Below, piece by piece: positions 17,355-27,354 of a stretch of DNA of 64,000 bases. Below the pieces are notes generated by a model. It was not told where the DNA came from, ran no database searches, and saw nothing but the letters and a program-made list of their open reading frames with translations. Position 1 is the first letter of the stretch; each line of letters starts with the position of its first letter. The stretch comes from Nitrospirales bacterium (GTDB lineage Bacteria; Nitrospirota; Nitrospiria; Nitrospirales; UBA8639): positions 992,001-1,056,000 of the forward strand of contig OY729426.1 in the NCBI GenBank assembly GCA_963422365.1. Direction: 5' to 3'. Both the position numbers and the translations under genes were made by a program.

Positions 17355-18221
17355 ATGACCGTACATTTCAGACAAGTCGCGATTGTTGGGGTCGGATTGA
17401 TCGGGGGCTCCCTGGGGATGATCTTGAAGCGTCAAGATCTGGCCGATCTCGTGGTCGGCGTGGGCCGGAGTCTGAGCAATCTGGACTTGGCCGTGCAACG
17501 GGGGGCCATTGATGCGTATGAACGCGATCCCAAAGCCGCGATGCCGGGCACGGAGTTAGTCATCCTCGCCACGCCCGTGGAAAGTTACGCCACGCATCTC
17601 AAGGAGTGGGGCAGTCTCTTGGACCCCGGAACGATCGTGAGCGACGTGGGGAGCATCAAGGGCTCCTTAGTGGAACAGGTAGAAGCCTTGGTCCCGGCCG
17701 GTGTGCATTTTGTGGGCGCGCATCCCATCGCGGGCAAGGAAACATCGGGGGTCGGGGAGAGCTCCGTCGATTTGTTCACCGGCACCCTGTGCATGATCAC
17801 GCCGACGGCGAACACCGATCCCCAAGCCGTTCTCATGGTTCAGCAAGTCTGGGAAGCCATGGGCGCCGTGGTCCGGTCGATCGATCCTTTTGTGCACGAT
17901 TGGATATTAGGAGCGGTCAGTCACCTTCCGCATGTCGCTGCCTTCGCACTCATGAATGCCTTGATGAATCTTCAACAACGGGGCAATGAAGAGTTGCTGG
18001 AGTATTCCGGCGGCGGTTTGCGGGATACCACCCGGATTGCGGCAAGCTCCCCGGAAATGTGGCGCGATATTTTTCTTGGGAATCATGACAATCTTCTGGT
18101 CATGATTGAAGCCATGGAAGAACAATTGCAATGTTTCAAGGCATTGATCGAAGCGAAGGACGGACCGGGCTTGGAGCGCGAAATCGCCAAGGCGAGGGAA
18201 GCGCGGCAGCGCTTGAAATGA
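17355..18221 (+). CDS. tyrA: Prephenate/arogenate dehydrogenase
   Basis: GVGLIGGS, DVGSIK, HPIAG, SHLPH, LRDTTRIAAS. Confidence 0.95.
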   Translation: MTVHFRQVAIVGVGLIGGSLGMILKRQDLADLVVGVGRSLSNLDLAVQRGAIDAYERDPKAAMPGTELVILATPVESYATHLKEWGSLLDPGTIVSDVGSIKGSLVEQVEALVPAGVHFVGAHPIAGKETSGVGESSVDLFTGTLCMITPTANTDPQAVLMVQQVWEAMGAVVRSIDPFVHDWILGAVSHLPHVAAFALMNALMNLQQRGNEELLEYSGGGLRDTTRIAASSPEMWRDIFLGNHDNLLVMIEAMEEQLQCFKALIEAKDGPGLEREIAKAREARQRLK

Positions 18222-19513
18222 GTTCACTCACGATCACACCGCAAGGACCCTTGCGTGGGACGATTCAGATTCCCGGTGACAAATCCGTCACCCATCGGGC
18301 CTTGTTGGTCAGCGCCCTGGCCGAAGGCGCATCCACGATTACGGGGTATTGTCGAGGAGAAGATTGCCGCAATATCCTCCGTGCGCTGCAAGCGTTAGGC
18401 ATTGCCATCGAGGTCGAAACAGACAAGGTCCTGGTCTCGGGCAAGGGGTTATGGGGATTGACCGAGCCCGTTCAACCGTTGGATTGCGGCAATTCGGGCA
18501 CAGGCCTTCGTCTGTTGGCTGGGGTACTTGCCGGTCAACCGTTTTGTTCGATCCTGACGGGTGACGACTCGCTTCGCCGCCGCCCCATGGGGCGAATCGT
18601 CACCCCCTTGCGCATGATGGGCGCCGCGATTCAGGGCAGAAGAGGGGGTGAATTGGCGCCGTTGGCCATTCAGGGCGGTGCCTTAAAGGGGATCGAATAT
18701 CAATCGCCGGTGTCGAGTGCCCAGATCAAATCGGCGGTACTCTTTGCGGGACTCTTTGCCGAAGGGGAGACGCGGTTTTCCGAGCCCGCGCACTCTCGGG
18801 ATCATACCGAGCGGATGTTCCGGTATCTCGGGATTCCGTTTGCAACCGAGGGGGATGACATCGTCCTGCCGGGCCGTCCCACCTACGCGGCCAAGGATTT
18901 GGTCGTGCCAGGCGACTTGTCGGCCGCAGCCTTTTTTATCGTGGGAGCTACCCTGATTCCAGAGTCTGAGGTGCGGATCGTGAATATCGGACTCAATCCG
19001 GCCAGAACCGGGATATTAGACATTCTTGTCGACATGGGGGCCGATATCCTGATTGTCAATCGGCGAGAACAAGCAGGGGAGCCGATGGGCGACTTGGTGG
19101 TCCGCGCAGCCCCGCTTCGCGGCATCACCATCGGGGCAGAACAAGTTCCGAACATGATTGACGAATTTCCCATTTTTTGCGTGGCCGCGGCATTAGCCGA
19201 AGGCCCAACGGTCGTGACGGGGGCTGAAGAGCTACGCGTCAAGGAAACTGACCGGATTCATGCGGTGGCAACGGAATTGACCAAGCTCAACATGCCCATT
19301 CAGGAAACCCCTGACGGATTTATTCTGCACGGGGGCGCCGACGTCAAAGGCGGAACTTGTATGAGCTATGGTGACCATCGTGTGGCCATGGCATTGGCGA
19401 TTGCCGCCTTAACCGGCGATGTGCCGACAACCATCCTCGATACCGACTGCATCGCGACCTCCTTCCCGAATTTCCATGACAACTTGTTGGAATTATTGAC
19501 AATTTCACACTAA
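18218..19513 (+). CDS. aroA: EPSP synthase
   Basis: PGDKSVTHR, CGNSGT, SSAQIKSA, RDHTERM, LRVKETDR, DHRVAM. Confidence 0.97.
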   Translation: MSSLTITPQGPLRGTIQIPGDKSVTHRALLVSALAEGASTITGYCRGEDCRNILRALQALGIAIEVETDKVLVSGKGLWGLTEPVQPLDCGNSGTGLRLLAGVLAGQPFCSILTGDDSLRRRPMGRIVTPLRMMGAAIQGRRGGELAPLAIQGGALKGIEYQSPVSSAQIKSAVLFAGLFAEGETRFSEPAHSRDHTERMFRYLGIPFATEGDDIVLPGRPTYAAKDLVVPGDLSAAAFFIVGATLIPESEVRIVNIGLNPARTGILDILVDMGADILIVNRREQAGEPMGDLVVRAAPLRGITIGAEQVPNMIDEFPIFCVAAALAEGPTVVTGAEELRVKETDRIHAVATELTKLNMPIQETPDGFILHGGADVKGGTCMSYGDHRVAMALAIAALTGDVPTTILDTDCIATSFPNFHDNLLELLTISH

Positions 19514-19523
19514 ATTCTATAAT
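19496..19523 (+). promoter_or_regulatory. Consensus sigma-70 internal promoter for cmk-plsC-rpsA
   Basis: TTGACA-16 bp-TATAAT overlapping the aroA 3' end. Confidence 0.75.
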
Positions 19524-19549
19524 AATGTCCTTTTCACAGAACTGTAAAG

Positions 19550-20230
19550 ATGTTTGCCAACAGGCAAGGCTTACTCATCACGATTGACGGCCCTGCAGGG
19601 GCAGGGAAAAGCACGACGGCGCGGGCGTTAGCGTCGCGTTTGGGCTATGCCTATCTTGATACGGGTGCCCTCTACCGAGCGGTCGCATGGGTGGTCCAAC
19701 GAACGGGGACTGATGGTTCCGATGCGGTGGCCATGGAGGCGCTGTTAGCCTCAATGGATTTTCGCGTGTCTCTCGAAGAAGGGAGAACCCGAATTTTTAT
19801 TGACAACGAAGACATCACCGCGCAATTGCGTGCTCCTGAAATCAGTCGGTTGGCGTCAACCGTCGCGGCGCTTCCGCGCGTTCGCAAACGGCTGTTACCG
19901 ATTCAAGTGCGGTATCGCCGTGAGGGCGGGATTGTGGCAGAAGGCCGTGATATGGGAACCCACGTGTTTCCTGAAGCGGACGTGAAATTTTTTCTTGAGG
20001 CGGATCTTGAGACGCGGACGACTCGCCGGTATCAAGAGACGGTGCGGGCCGGTCATCCCGAAACCCAACGTGACATTCGGCAGGGAATTCAGGCACGAGA
20101 TACCAACGATCGATCGCGGGAAACCGCGCCGTTGAAGCCGGCGGCTGATGCGGTGGTGATTGATTCCTCGTCTTTGACGGTTGACCAGGTGGTGGGAAAC
20201 ATGATGGAGTGGATTCCAGGTCACTCGTGA
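19550..20230 (+). CDS. cmk: Cytidylate kinase
   Basis: ITIDGPAGAGKST, YLDTGALYR, EGRDMGT. Confidence 0.96.
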   Translation: MFANRQGLLITIDGPAGAGKSTTARALASRLGYAYLDTGALYRAVAWVVQRTGTDGSDAVAMEALLASMDFRVSLEEGRTRIFIDNEDITAQLRAPEISRLASTVAALPRVRKRLLPIQVRYRREGGIVAEGRDMGTHVFPEADVKFFLEADLETRTTRRYQETVRAGHPETQRDIRQGIQARDTNDRSRETAPLKPAADAVVIDSSSLTVDQVVGNMMEWIPGHS

Positions 20231-20868
20231 GTGCCTTGGTGTATGGCATCCTATGGATCCTCTGTCGCGTTGTCAGCCGCCTGTTCCTGTCCTATCGCAC
20301 ACGAGGCGTTGAACACGTTCCGGCAGCGGGTGGTGTGTTATTAGCGGCGAATCACGCGAGCTATGCGGATATTCCGTTATTGGGATGCGCGGTCAGGCTC
20401 CGCCTCTTTTATCTCGGGCGGGCCACGTTGTTTCCCTCTCCCCTGGTGGGTCGAATCCTTCGCGCGCTGGGGTGGATTCCGTTAAAGCCTGAGCGATGGG
20501 ATCGAAAAGCGTTCCAATCGGTCGTGGAGTTGCTCAAGGCGGGCAAGGCCGTGGTCATTTTTCCGGAAGGGACGCGAACGCCTGACGGTGCGCTGCAGAA
20601 GGGGAAACCGGGAATCGGGCGGATTGTGGAGGAAGCCCAATGTCCCGTGGTGCCAGTGTATCTCAGAGGGACGTATCAGGTCCTCCCGACCGGAGCGTCA
20701 TGGCTGAGGCGGCATCCGGTGGAAGTGTTGTTTGGTGAGTCCATTGATTTTCGTGACGAATGTCGACAATACCAAGGGAAAGCGTTATACCAACATATCA
20801 GTCAGACGGTAATGGCTCGGATTGCTGAATTGCGCGGCGTGGATGATTCGGCAGGACCGACAACATGA
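20227..20868 (+). CDS. plsC: 1-acyl-sn-glycerol-3-phosphate acyltransferase
   Basis: NHASYAD, IFPEGTRT. Confidence 0.9.
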   Translation: MSALVYGILWILCRVVSRLFLSYRTRGVEHVPAAGGVLLAANHASYADIPLLGCAVRLRLFYLGRATLFPSPLVGRILRALGWIPLKPERWDRKAFQSVVELLKAGKAVVIFPEGTRTPDGALQKGKPGIGRIVEEAQCPVVPVYLRGTYQVLPTGASWLRRHPVEVLFGESIDFRDECRQYQGKALYQHISQTVMARIAELRGVDDSAGPTT

Positions 20869-20955
20869 ACCTGAGAGATCGAGCCTCCACATCGCGGCGG
20901 GTTTGATCTTTCGCACAATGGTTGCTGGAAAGCGATCGGAAGTTAGGAATTGCGA

Positions 20956-22671
20956 ATGAACACTGTGGCAAACGTCATCGAAGAAATAGACCGCGAGGAT
21001 TTGGAGGCCCTGTATGAAGAAACCTTTAAAAATTTCGAAGAAGGCACGATTACGGAAGGTCGGGTCGTGGTCATTCAAAAAGACCGAGTGATCGTGGACA
21101 TTGGATATAAATCCGAAGGCATCATCTCGACGAATCAGTTTCTTCCGGACGAACTGAGCACGTTGGCGGTCGGCGACCCCATTCAGGTGTATATCGAGCA
21201 ACGTGAAGATTCAGAAGGGAACTTGCTCCTCTCCAAGGAAAAAGCTGACAAGATGAAAGTGTGGGATGAGCTTGAGGTCTCGCATCAGGAGGAAAAAGAA
21301 GTCCACGGAAAAGTGGTCTCACGCATTAAAGGCGGGATGATGGTCGATATCGGGGTCAAGGCCTTTTTGCCCGGTTCGCAAATCGATCTGACGCCCATCC
21401 GCGATTTGGACGCGCTGGTTGGAAAAACCTTCCCGTTTAAAATTATTAAAATCAATCATCGGCGCGGCAATGTCGTGATTTCCCGTCGGGCCCTATTAGA
21501 AGAAACGCGAGACAGGCGGCGGCAAAGCACGTTGTCGACCCTCGCCGAAGGGCAATTGCTCACAGGAATCGTGAAAAACATCACCGACTACGGCGCGTTT
21601 TTGGATTTAGGCGGCATTGATGGCCTGCTGCATATCACCGACATTTCCTGGGGGCGCGTCGGCCATCCGTCCGATATATTTGCCGTGGGGGATCGGGTGG
21701 AAGTGCTGGTGCTCAAATACGATCGCGAGACAGGAAGAATTTCCTTAGGGCTCAAACAGAAGACGGCTGATCCCTGGATGAATATCGCCTCCAAATACCC
21801 CGAAGGGTCGCGAGTGAATGGCAAGGTGGTCAGCCTGACCGATTACGGAGCGTTTGTGGAATTGGAGCCGGGTATTGAAGGGCTCGTGCATGTATCGGAA
21901 ATGTCCTGGACGCATGAAGTGCGCCATCCGTCCCGAGTGGTCGCGGTGAACGATGCCGTCGACGCGCAAGTGCTGCATGTGGACCAGCAAGGCCGCAAGA
22001 TTTCGCTCGGCATGAAGCAGACCGCGCCCAATCCGTGGGATGTCATTCAGGCCCGCTACCCGATGGGGACGCAAATCGAAGGCAAAGTCAAAAGTGTCAC
22101 GGACTTTGGAGCCTTCGTGGGGTTGGACGAAGGGATTGACGGGCTGATTCATATTTCGGATATGTCGTGGACCAAACACATCAAACACCCCTCGGAATTG
22201 TTCAAGAAGGGCCAACGGGTGGCCGCGACCATTTTGCGCATCGACAAAGAAAAAGAGCGGTTGTCGCTGGGCTACAAACAGCTCACGGCGGATCCGTGGG
22301 CATCGGACATCCCTTCGCGGTATCGCGTGGGCAGCGTGACGACCGGGACGGTTTCCAAGATCGCGGATTTCGGGGTATTTGTCGAACTGGACGGGGACGT
22401 GGAGGGGTTGATCCACGTCAGCGAAGTCCGTCCTGATGGGGCGAATAAGCTGCAAGAGAGTTTTGTGATAGGCCGGAACGTGACCGCGAAAATTGTCAGA
22501 GTGGATTGTGAAGAACGAAAAATTGCGTTGAGCGTGAAAGACTATGCGCAGGAATCGGAAAGCCAGCCACTCGAAGCGGTTTCTGATGCCCCTGGCGAAG
22601 TCGATCCGAGTCTTGGCCAAGTCGACCAAGAGCCGGACGTTTCGGCCTCGTCAGAAACGGACAGCGCGTAG
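20956..22671 (+). CDS. rpsA: 30S ribosomal protein S1
   Basis: Six S1 repeats (DIGYKSEG, AFLPGSQID, DGLLHITDISW, EGLVHVSEMSW, etc.). Confidence 0.97.
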   Translation: MNTVANVIEEIDREDLEALYEETFKNFEEGTITEGRVVVIQKDRVIVDIGYKSEGIISTNQFLPDELSTLAVGDPIQVYIEQREDSEGNLLLSKEKADKMKVWDELEVSHQEEKEVHGKVVSRIKGGMMVDIGVKAFLPGSQIDLTPIRDLDALVGKTFPFKIIKINHRRGNVVISRRALLEETRDRRRQSTLSTLAEGQLLTGIVKNITDYGAFLDLGGIDGLLHITDISWGRVGHPSDIFAVGDRVEVLVLKYDRETGRISLGLKQKTADPWMNIASKYPEGSRVNGKVVSLTDYGAFVELEPGIEGLVHVSEMSWTHEVRHPSRVVAVNDAVDAQVLHVDQQGRKISLGMKQTAPNPWDVIQARYPMGTQIEGKVKSVTDFGAFVGLDEGIDGLIHISDMSWTKHIKHPSELFKKGQRVAATILRIDKEKERLSLGYKQLTADPWASDIPSRYRVGSVTTGTVSKIADFGVFVELDGDVEGLIHVSEVRPDGANKLQESFVIGRNVTAKIVRVDCEERKIALSVKDYAQESESQPLEAVSDAPGEVDPSLGQVDQEPDVSASSETDSA

Positions 22672-22695
22672 ACGATTTTTGTTGTGCAGGCGTGT

Positions 22696-23589
22696 ATGGC
22701 AGACGACACATCTTCAGAAAAAAGGGCTTTCAGGTGGCGATGGATCGTCTGGATATTGCTGGGTGCCATGGTGTTGACCGTGGGAGGGAACGCGCTGTTG
22801 CCGGAATTCGCCATGGTCGGCAAAGAGCGCATCGCGCTTGTCAGGATTGAAGGTCCCATTCTGGACGCCCGATCAACCGTGGAGGAGTTGGAATCGTATG
22901 CCCAAGATCCACTCGTCAAGGCTCTTGTCCTTCGGATCGATTCTCCGGGCGGCGGGGTGGTGCCCTCTCAAGAGATTTATAATGCGGTCAAACGAGTGCG
23001 GGAAGAAAAGCAGAAAACGGTGGTGGCCTCCATGGGGACGGTGGCGGCCTCTGGCGGATATTATATTGCAGTGGCCTCCGATCGAATCCTGGCCAACCCC
23101 GGCACCCTCACGGGCAGCATCGGGGTGATTATGCAATTAGCCAATTTTGAAGAGCTCATGGACAAAATCGGCGTGAAGAATTTCGTGATAAAAAGCGGAC
23201 GGTATAAAGACATAGGGTCGCCGTTTCGCATGATGGGCGAAGAGGATCGGACCCTGTTGCAATCGGTGATGGACGATGCACATCGTCAGTTTATCGAAGC
23301 CGTGGCCGAAGGCCGCTCGCTGGATGTCGCTGATGTCGAAGTGTTGGCGGACGGGCGGGTGTTGACTGGGCAACAAGCCAAGGATGTGCTCCTCGTGGAT
23401 GATCTGGGCGATCTGCAAGATGCTGTCAGATTGGCGGCGGATATCAGTGGGTTGAAAGATACTCCGCCGGTCGTCGAGACTCCCCCTAAATTTTCATTCC
23501 GGGATTGGTTGGTCGGGTCCCTGTTCGGGGACACGTCCGTGTTGCCTCTTCAAACAGGGATGACCCTCATGTATGTCATGGCGTTTTAA
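22696..23589 (+). CDS. sppA: Signal peptide peptidase SppA (S49)
   Basis: RIDSPGG, AASGGYYIA, TGSIGV, KSGRYKD. Confidence 0.93.
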   Translation: MADDTSSEKRAFRWRWIVWILLGAMVLTVGGNALLPEFAMVGKERIALVRIEGPILDARSTVEELESYAQDPLVKALVLRIDSPGGGVVPSQEIYNAVKRVREEKQKTVVASMGTVAASGGYYIAVASDRILANPGTLTGSIGVIMQLANFEELMDKIGVKNFVIKSGRYKDIGSPFRMMGEEDRTLLQSVMDDAHRQFIEAVAEGRSLDVADVEVLADGRVLTGQQAKDVLLVDDLGDLQDAVRLAADISGLKDTPPVVETPPKFSFRDWLVGSLFGDTSVLPLQTGMTLMYVMAF

Positions 23590-23648
23590 GGAAACGGAAC
23601 AAGCGGAGTGAGTGCAAGGGGCGTTGAGCCAGATCAAGAAGAAGGCGA

Positions 23649-23948
23649 ATGACCAAAGCACACCTGATTGAGAAAGTGGCGGAGAAAGCCAAGACCCTCA
23701 GCCGCCGTGAAGCAGAAAAGGTGGTGAATGGCATTTTCGATTCCATCCGTGACGCCTTGAAGCGGGGCGAAAAAACAGAGGTTCGCGGGTTTGGAAGTTT
23801 CCGGTTGCGCATCCGACGCACTAAAGACGGACGTAATCCGAAAACAGGAGAAACCGTGTCTGTACCTAAAAAACGGATGCCGTTCTTTAAAGCAGGAAAA
23901 GAAATCAGAGAACTGCTGAATGAAAAAAGGCCGGAGCAGAACGTATGA
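23649..23948 (+). CDS. ihfB: Integration host factor subunit beta
   Basis: MTKAHLIE, EVRGFGSF, GRNPKTGE, PFFKAGKE; follows rpsA-sppA. Confidence 0.88.
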   Translation: MTKAHLIEKVAEKAKTLSRREAEKVVNGIFDSIRDALKRGEKTEVRGFGSFRLRIRRTKDGRNPKTGETVSVPKKRMPFFKAGKEIRELLNEKRPEQNV

Positions 23949-24931
23949 GTGATGCTGATCCTAAGACCACACTGCCTGCGCCGGTCTGGACCGCCGAGGC
24001 CCTCACTCGGCTTGAACGGGCGCCGGTCTTTTTACGGGGTATGGTCAAACGCTTAGCGGAAAAGAAAGCGCGCGAATTGGGAAAAGGCGAGATTACGGGG
24101 GAATTGCTGGACCAATTCAGGCATCAAATGATGGGGAGCATGGGCGGAGAAGCTGGGATGGCCGAAGCGGCGAGTCAGGTGGAGCAAGGGCAGGTGCCGT
24201 GGACGGCCGAAGCGCGCAAACGGTTGGACGGCGTGCCGGCATTTATGCACGCGATGATCAAACAAATTACGGAAGAGATGGCTCGGGAACGGGGGCATTT
24301 GGAAGTCAATGTGGAACTGTTTGAAAAAGCCGAAGCCCTGGGGGAACAGGCCAACGGATTCACGCCCCTGGAATGGACCGAAGGGGCAACGGCCATGCTT
24401 CAGGAAAAAGTCAAACATTCTCCACCCATTGCCTTGGACTTTGTCACGGAGATGCTGAAGCGGGATGCGGAAGACTTGGCGCGGGAATCCGGGGTGACCA
24501 CGATTGATGAGCAGACGCTGGTCAAGGTATGGGAAGCACCGCAGGAAAAAGTGGCCTGGACGGACGAAGCCTGGAAACGGTTGCTCACGTCCCCCGATTT
24601 TGTGCGCAGTGGGATTCGCAAGGCGGCGGAGCGGCGGGCCAGAAAACTCGGGTTACAGGAAATCGACTCCGGACACCTGACCACATTTCGGAATGAAGCC
24701 ATGATGAAAGCCGTCAAGCGGATCAGAAGTTTCGGGTATCAAGAATTGACCTTTGACGCCTTTGATGATGCGTTGGCGAAAGTCAAGCGTTTGAAAGGAA
24801 ATAGCCAAGCTGAGCAACGATTGGAAGAAATTCGGGAATTCATGACAAAAGAAAAACCGGAAGTCGGCGTGCTCGGTGAAGAACTCATGGACCGATTTCG
24901 CAAGTATCTCAAAGGCGAAGGCAAGCTTTAG
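23945..24931 (+). CDS. Protein with four tandem PCP_red (BchB/ChlB C-terminal-like) repeats
   Basis: Four W-T-x-E/G-A..L..P-x-F..AR..G...I/V repeats. Confidence 0.75.
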   Translation: MSDADPKTTLPAPVWTAEALTRLERAPVFLRGMVKRLAEKKARELGKGEITGELLDQFRHQMMGSMGGEAGMAEAASQVEQGQVPWTAEARKRLDGVPAFMHAMIKQITEEMARERGHLEVNVELFEKAEALGEQANGFTPLEWTEGATAMLQEKVKHSPPIALDFVTEMLKRDAEDLARESGVTTIDEQTLVKVWEAPQEKVAWTDEAWKRLLTSPDFVRSGIRKAAERRARKLGLQEIDSGHLTTFRNEAMMKAVKRIRSFGYQELTFDAFDDALAKVKRLKGNSQAEQRLEEIREFMTKEKPEVGVLGEELMDRFRKYLKGEGKL

Positions 24932-25059
24932 AATGCGCGAGGTGCTCCGGGTCCACCGCACGACTGCAAATTCCACGGAAGCGCCGCAACGGAACTGGCT
25001 GGCAACCCCTGCCGTCATCTCGCTGATTCCCCAATAGGCTGGACATCGCCAGACCTTAT

Positions 25060-26530
25060 CCCACATCAGCCGCTCAGTGGTCGCTCGTCATCCATTGCGT
25101 CAGTCAGCGGTCCGTGGAGGTATAGGTCGGTACGCTGTTTTCCACCTTGAACATGCCCGAACGCGCGCGAGTCCGACTCTTCCGGGAAACCCGCGAGAGT
25201 CAGAACGCGAGGCATCAGCAAGCAGGACTGGCAGCAGCCTTTTACGGGGATGACGCAGCGCTTCTTCACTGTCGTAACGTTTCGAGCCCTCAAAGCCGGG
25301 AGTGACTATCGCCTTGAGTTCGAGCGCCGCATCGAGGCGAATCCCTAGGCCGGAATCACGCGTCATTGGCAACGGCTTCGCTCCGGCATGGTTCACACGC
25401 TTCCGTCGCGCGTGCCCGAGAAAGACCGGGACACCTTCACAATCGGGCTCGGGAGTTGCTTCTACAATCATCGGGACGGTGGCCATGCCGCGGCGTCCTA
25501 CAAGGTGCTTGACGAGCGCAGAAGCCAATCCGTTCGCCCGGACATCACCGTGCTGGCAGGGGATCAGGTCTACCTGGATAGGATATCGGCTTCGATTCGC
25601 TGTCGCTGATCGAAAAAGAAATCCGCCAGCGCATTGCTGACGACTATGCCCTCCACTGGCAGGCACTCGGCAGCATGCTGAGCAGAGGCGGCACGTGGAT
25701 GTTGCCAGACGATCACGAATTGGAATGACTACCCCTTTCTCGACTCCCTCATCCCGACCCTGCTTGCTCTCAAATTCCCGCACGTTCGCCAAACCTGGAC
25801 AAAAGCGGCGTACGATAGTGTCAAGCACATCCACCGCTCACCTGTGGTGGAAGCCTTTACCCTCGGGTACGACCTGTGTGTGCCTAGCCGACTTGCGTTC
25901 CCACCGTTCCGAGCACGAATTCCTCCCAAAGGAAGCGTTCAAAAAACTACTCGATTGGTCAGGTCATCGTGCCTGCCCGGGCGTACTTGTCATCTCGCAG
26001 CCGTTGATCGTGATCGAGAACAATGTCGAGCGGAACCTCCGCAGTTACCAACCCAGTATGCCCAGTTGCTGAAAGCGCTGGGCTCGGTTTCCCACGATGT
26101 CGTCGTGCTCAACGGCGACGTGCACTTCGGACGCATTGCCAGCGTCCAGATCGGAATCAAGGGCGTACGGCTCGTCGACATTATCTCATCGCCGATGTCC
26201 AATGTAACCGGCCTCAATGGACTGGACGCCAGCGTGGCCACGGACAGGCCCAAACAGTTCCCGCACCACCGGCCGCCAACGCTCTGGGGTGGCAACCGCA
26301 AACGGTGAACTATGACAAGAACGGAGGAGCCAGAGGTCGCTTCTTTGTGCCATCCCGGAAGGGCCGTTGGCTGTCGGCGTACCCCAAGACCCGGACACAA
26401 GAACACATGATGACGGTAGGTTTCCCATGCAGGGGGCATCGAAGTGACAGCCAATGCCTGGCTGGTGCGTCAGAGAACAAAGATCGGAAACATGCCTGTC
26501 AGGATCTTCGCCAAACCATTCCTGACCATC
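25060..26530 (+). pseudogene. PhoD-like metallophosphatase, multiple frameshifts and stops (boundaries approximate)
   Basis: Fragments across frames: IGLGSCFY, LAGDQVYLD, MLPDDHE/WNDYP, LADLRSHR, VLNGDVHFGR, IISSPMS. Confidence 0.75.
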
Positions 26531-26663
26531 TTGACGTAGGCTCACCACACCAAACCCACGCCGGTTTCTTGTAGGGTGTGACCATTATGCACAGTCCTTC
26601 TGTCATTTTTGTCTTTTCCTTCTCTTTGTAAGGGGAGGCAAGGTCTTCATGTTGTTAAAAACC

Positions 26664-26694
26664 GAGATTCTTTCGCCTTCGGCTCAGAATGACA
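26664..26694. repeat. REP-like half element
   Basis: GAGATTCTTTCGCCTTCGGCTCAGAATGACA, similar to 6859-6887. Confidence 0.6.
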
Positions 26695-26716
26695 GCCTTG
26701 GCGCCGCTCTTTTCTT

Positions 26717-27349
26717 TCATTCCGCTTTTCCTTGTGCGGAACGGGCGGCCTCTCTGGCCAGTTGATCCACCAGCTCATTATACTTTTCGCCAGAGTGGGC
26801 TCGCACTTTGTGCCACGTAAGGGTCATGCCCAAGGCCTGGACCTGCTCCACGTACGCTCGGGTAAAGGGCGTCGTGGTCTTCCACGCGCCTTCCACCCAA
26901 CTGGCTAACCCCTGGTAGTCGAAATAGACCGTGACCGCTGCAATGCCATGTGCCTGACACCACGCCAGCGCCCGCAAGACCGCCTGAATTTCTCCTGCCA
27001 CGTTTCGATGCCGGCACGCTTCGGCGGGCACGTCATGCCCGCTCGCCCGATGGAGTTCCCGTTCGCCGTCGAGGATGACGTAGGCCCAGCCGAAGTGCAG
27101 GCGTCCATTACTGCTTCGCAGACATGACCCATCGACCCAAATGTGTATGAGACCGGTTGTTGGAAGGGCGTCGTCCGAGGGAAGGAAGGTCAAAGTGTGA
27201 AGGGGTTCTCCCACAAACGCTTGGGCCTGTTCTTTCGTTGAAAAGGCTTTGTAGATGGCTCCGGGAAAGCCTTTGACCTGGGCTTCACAAGCAGGCCAGG
27301 TTGTATAGACCCCATGTTGGCGCCCCGTGCGGACGGCATAAAATTTCAT
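26717..27349 (-). CDS. rnhA: Ribonuclease HI with N-terminal viroplasmin/hybrid-binding domain
   Basis: KFYAVRTGRQHGVYTTWPACEAQVKGFPGAIYKAF; WVDGS, RNVAGE, YFDYQG, KVRAHSG..NELVDQLA. Confidence 0.9.
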   Translation of the reverse strand: MKFYAVRTGRQHGVYTTWPACEAQVKGFPGAIYKAFSTKEQAQAFVGEPLHTLTFLPSDDALPTTGLIHIWVDGSCLRSSNGRLHFGWAYVILDGERELHRASGHDVPAEACRHRNVAGEIQAVLRALAWCQAHGIAAVTVYFDYQGLASWVEGAWKTTTPFTRAYVEQVQALGMTLTWHKVRAHSGEKYNELVDQLAREAARSAQGKAE

Positions 27350-27354
27350 GGAGT

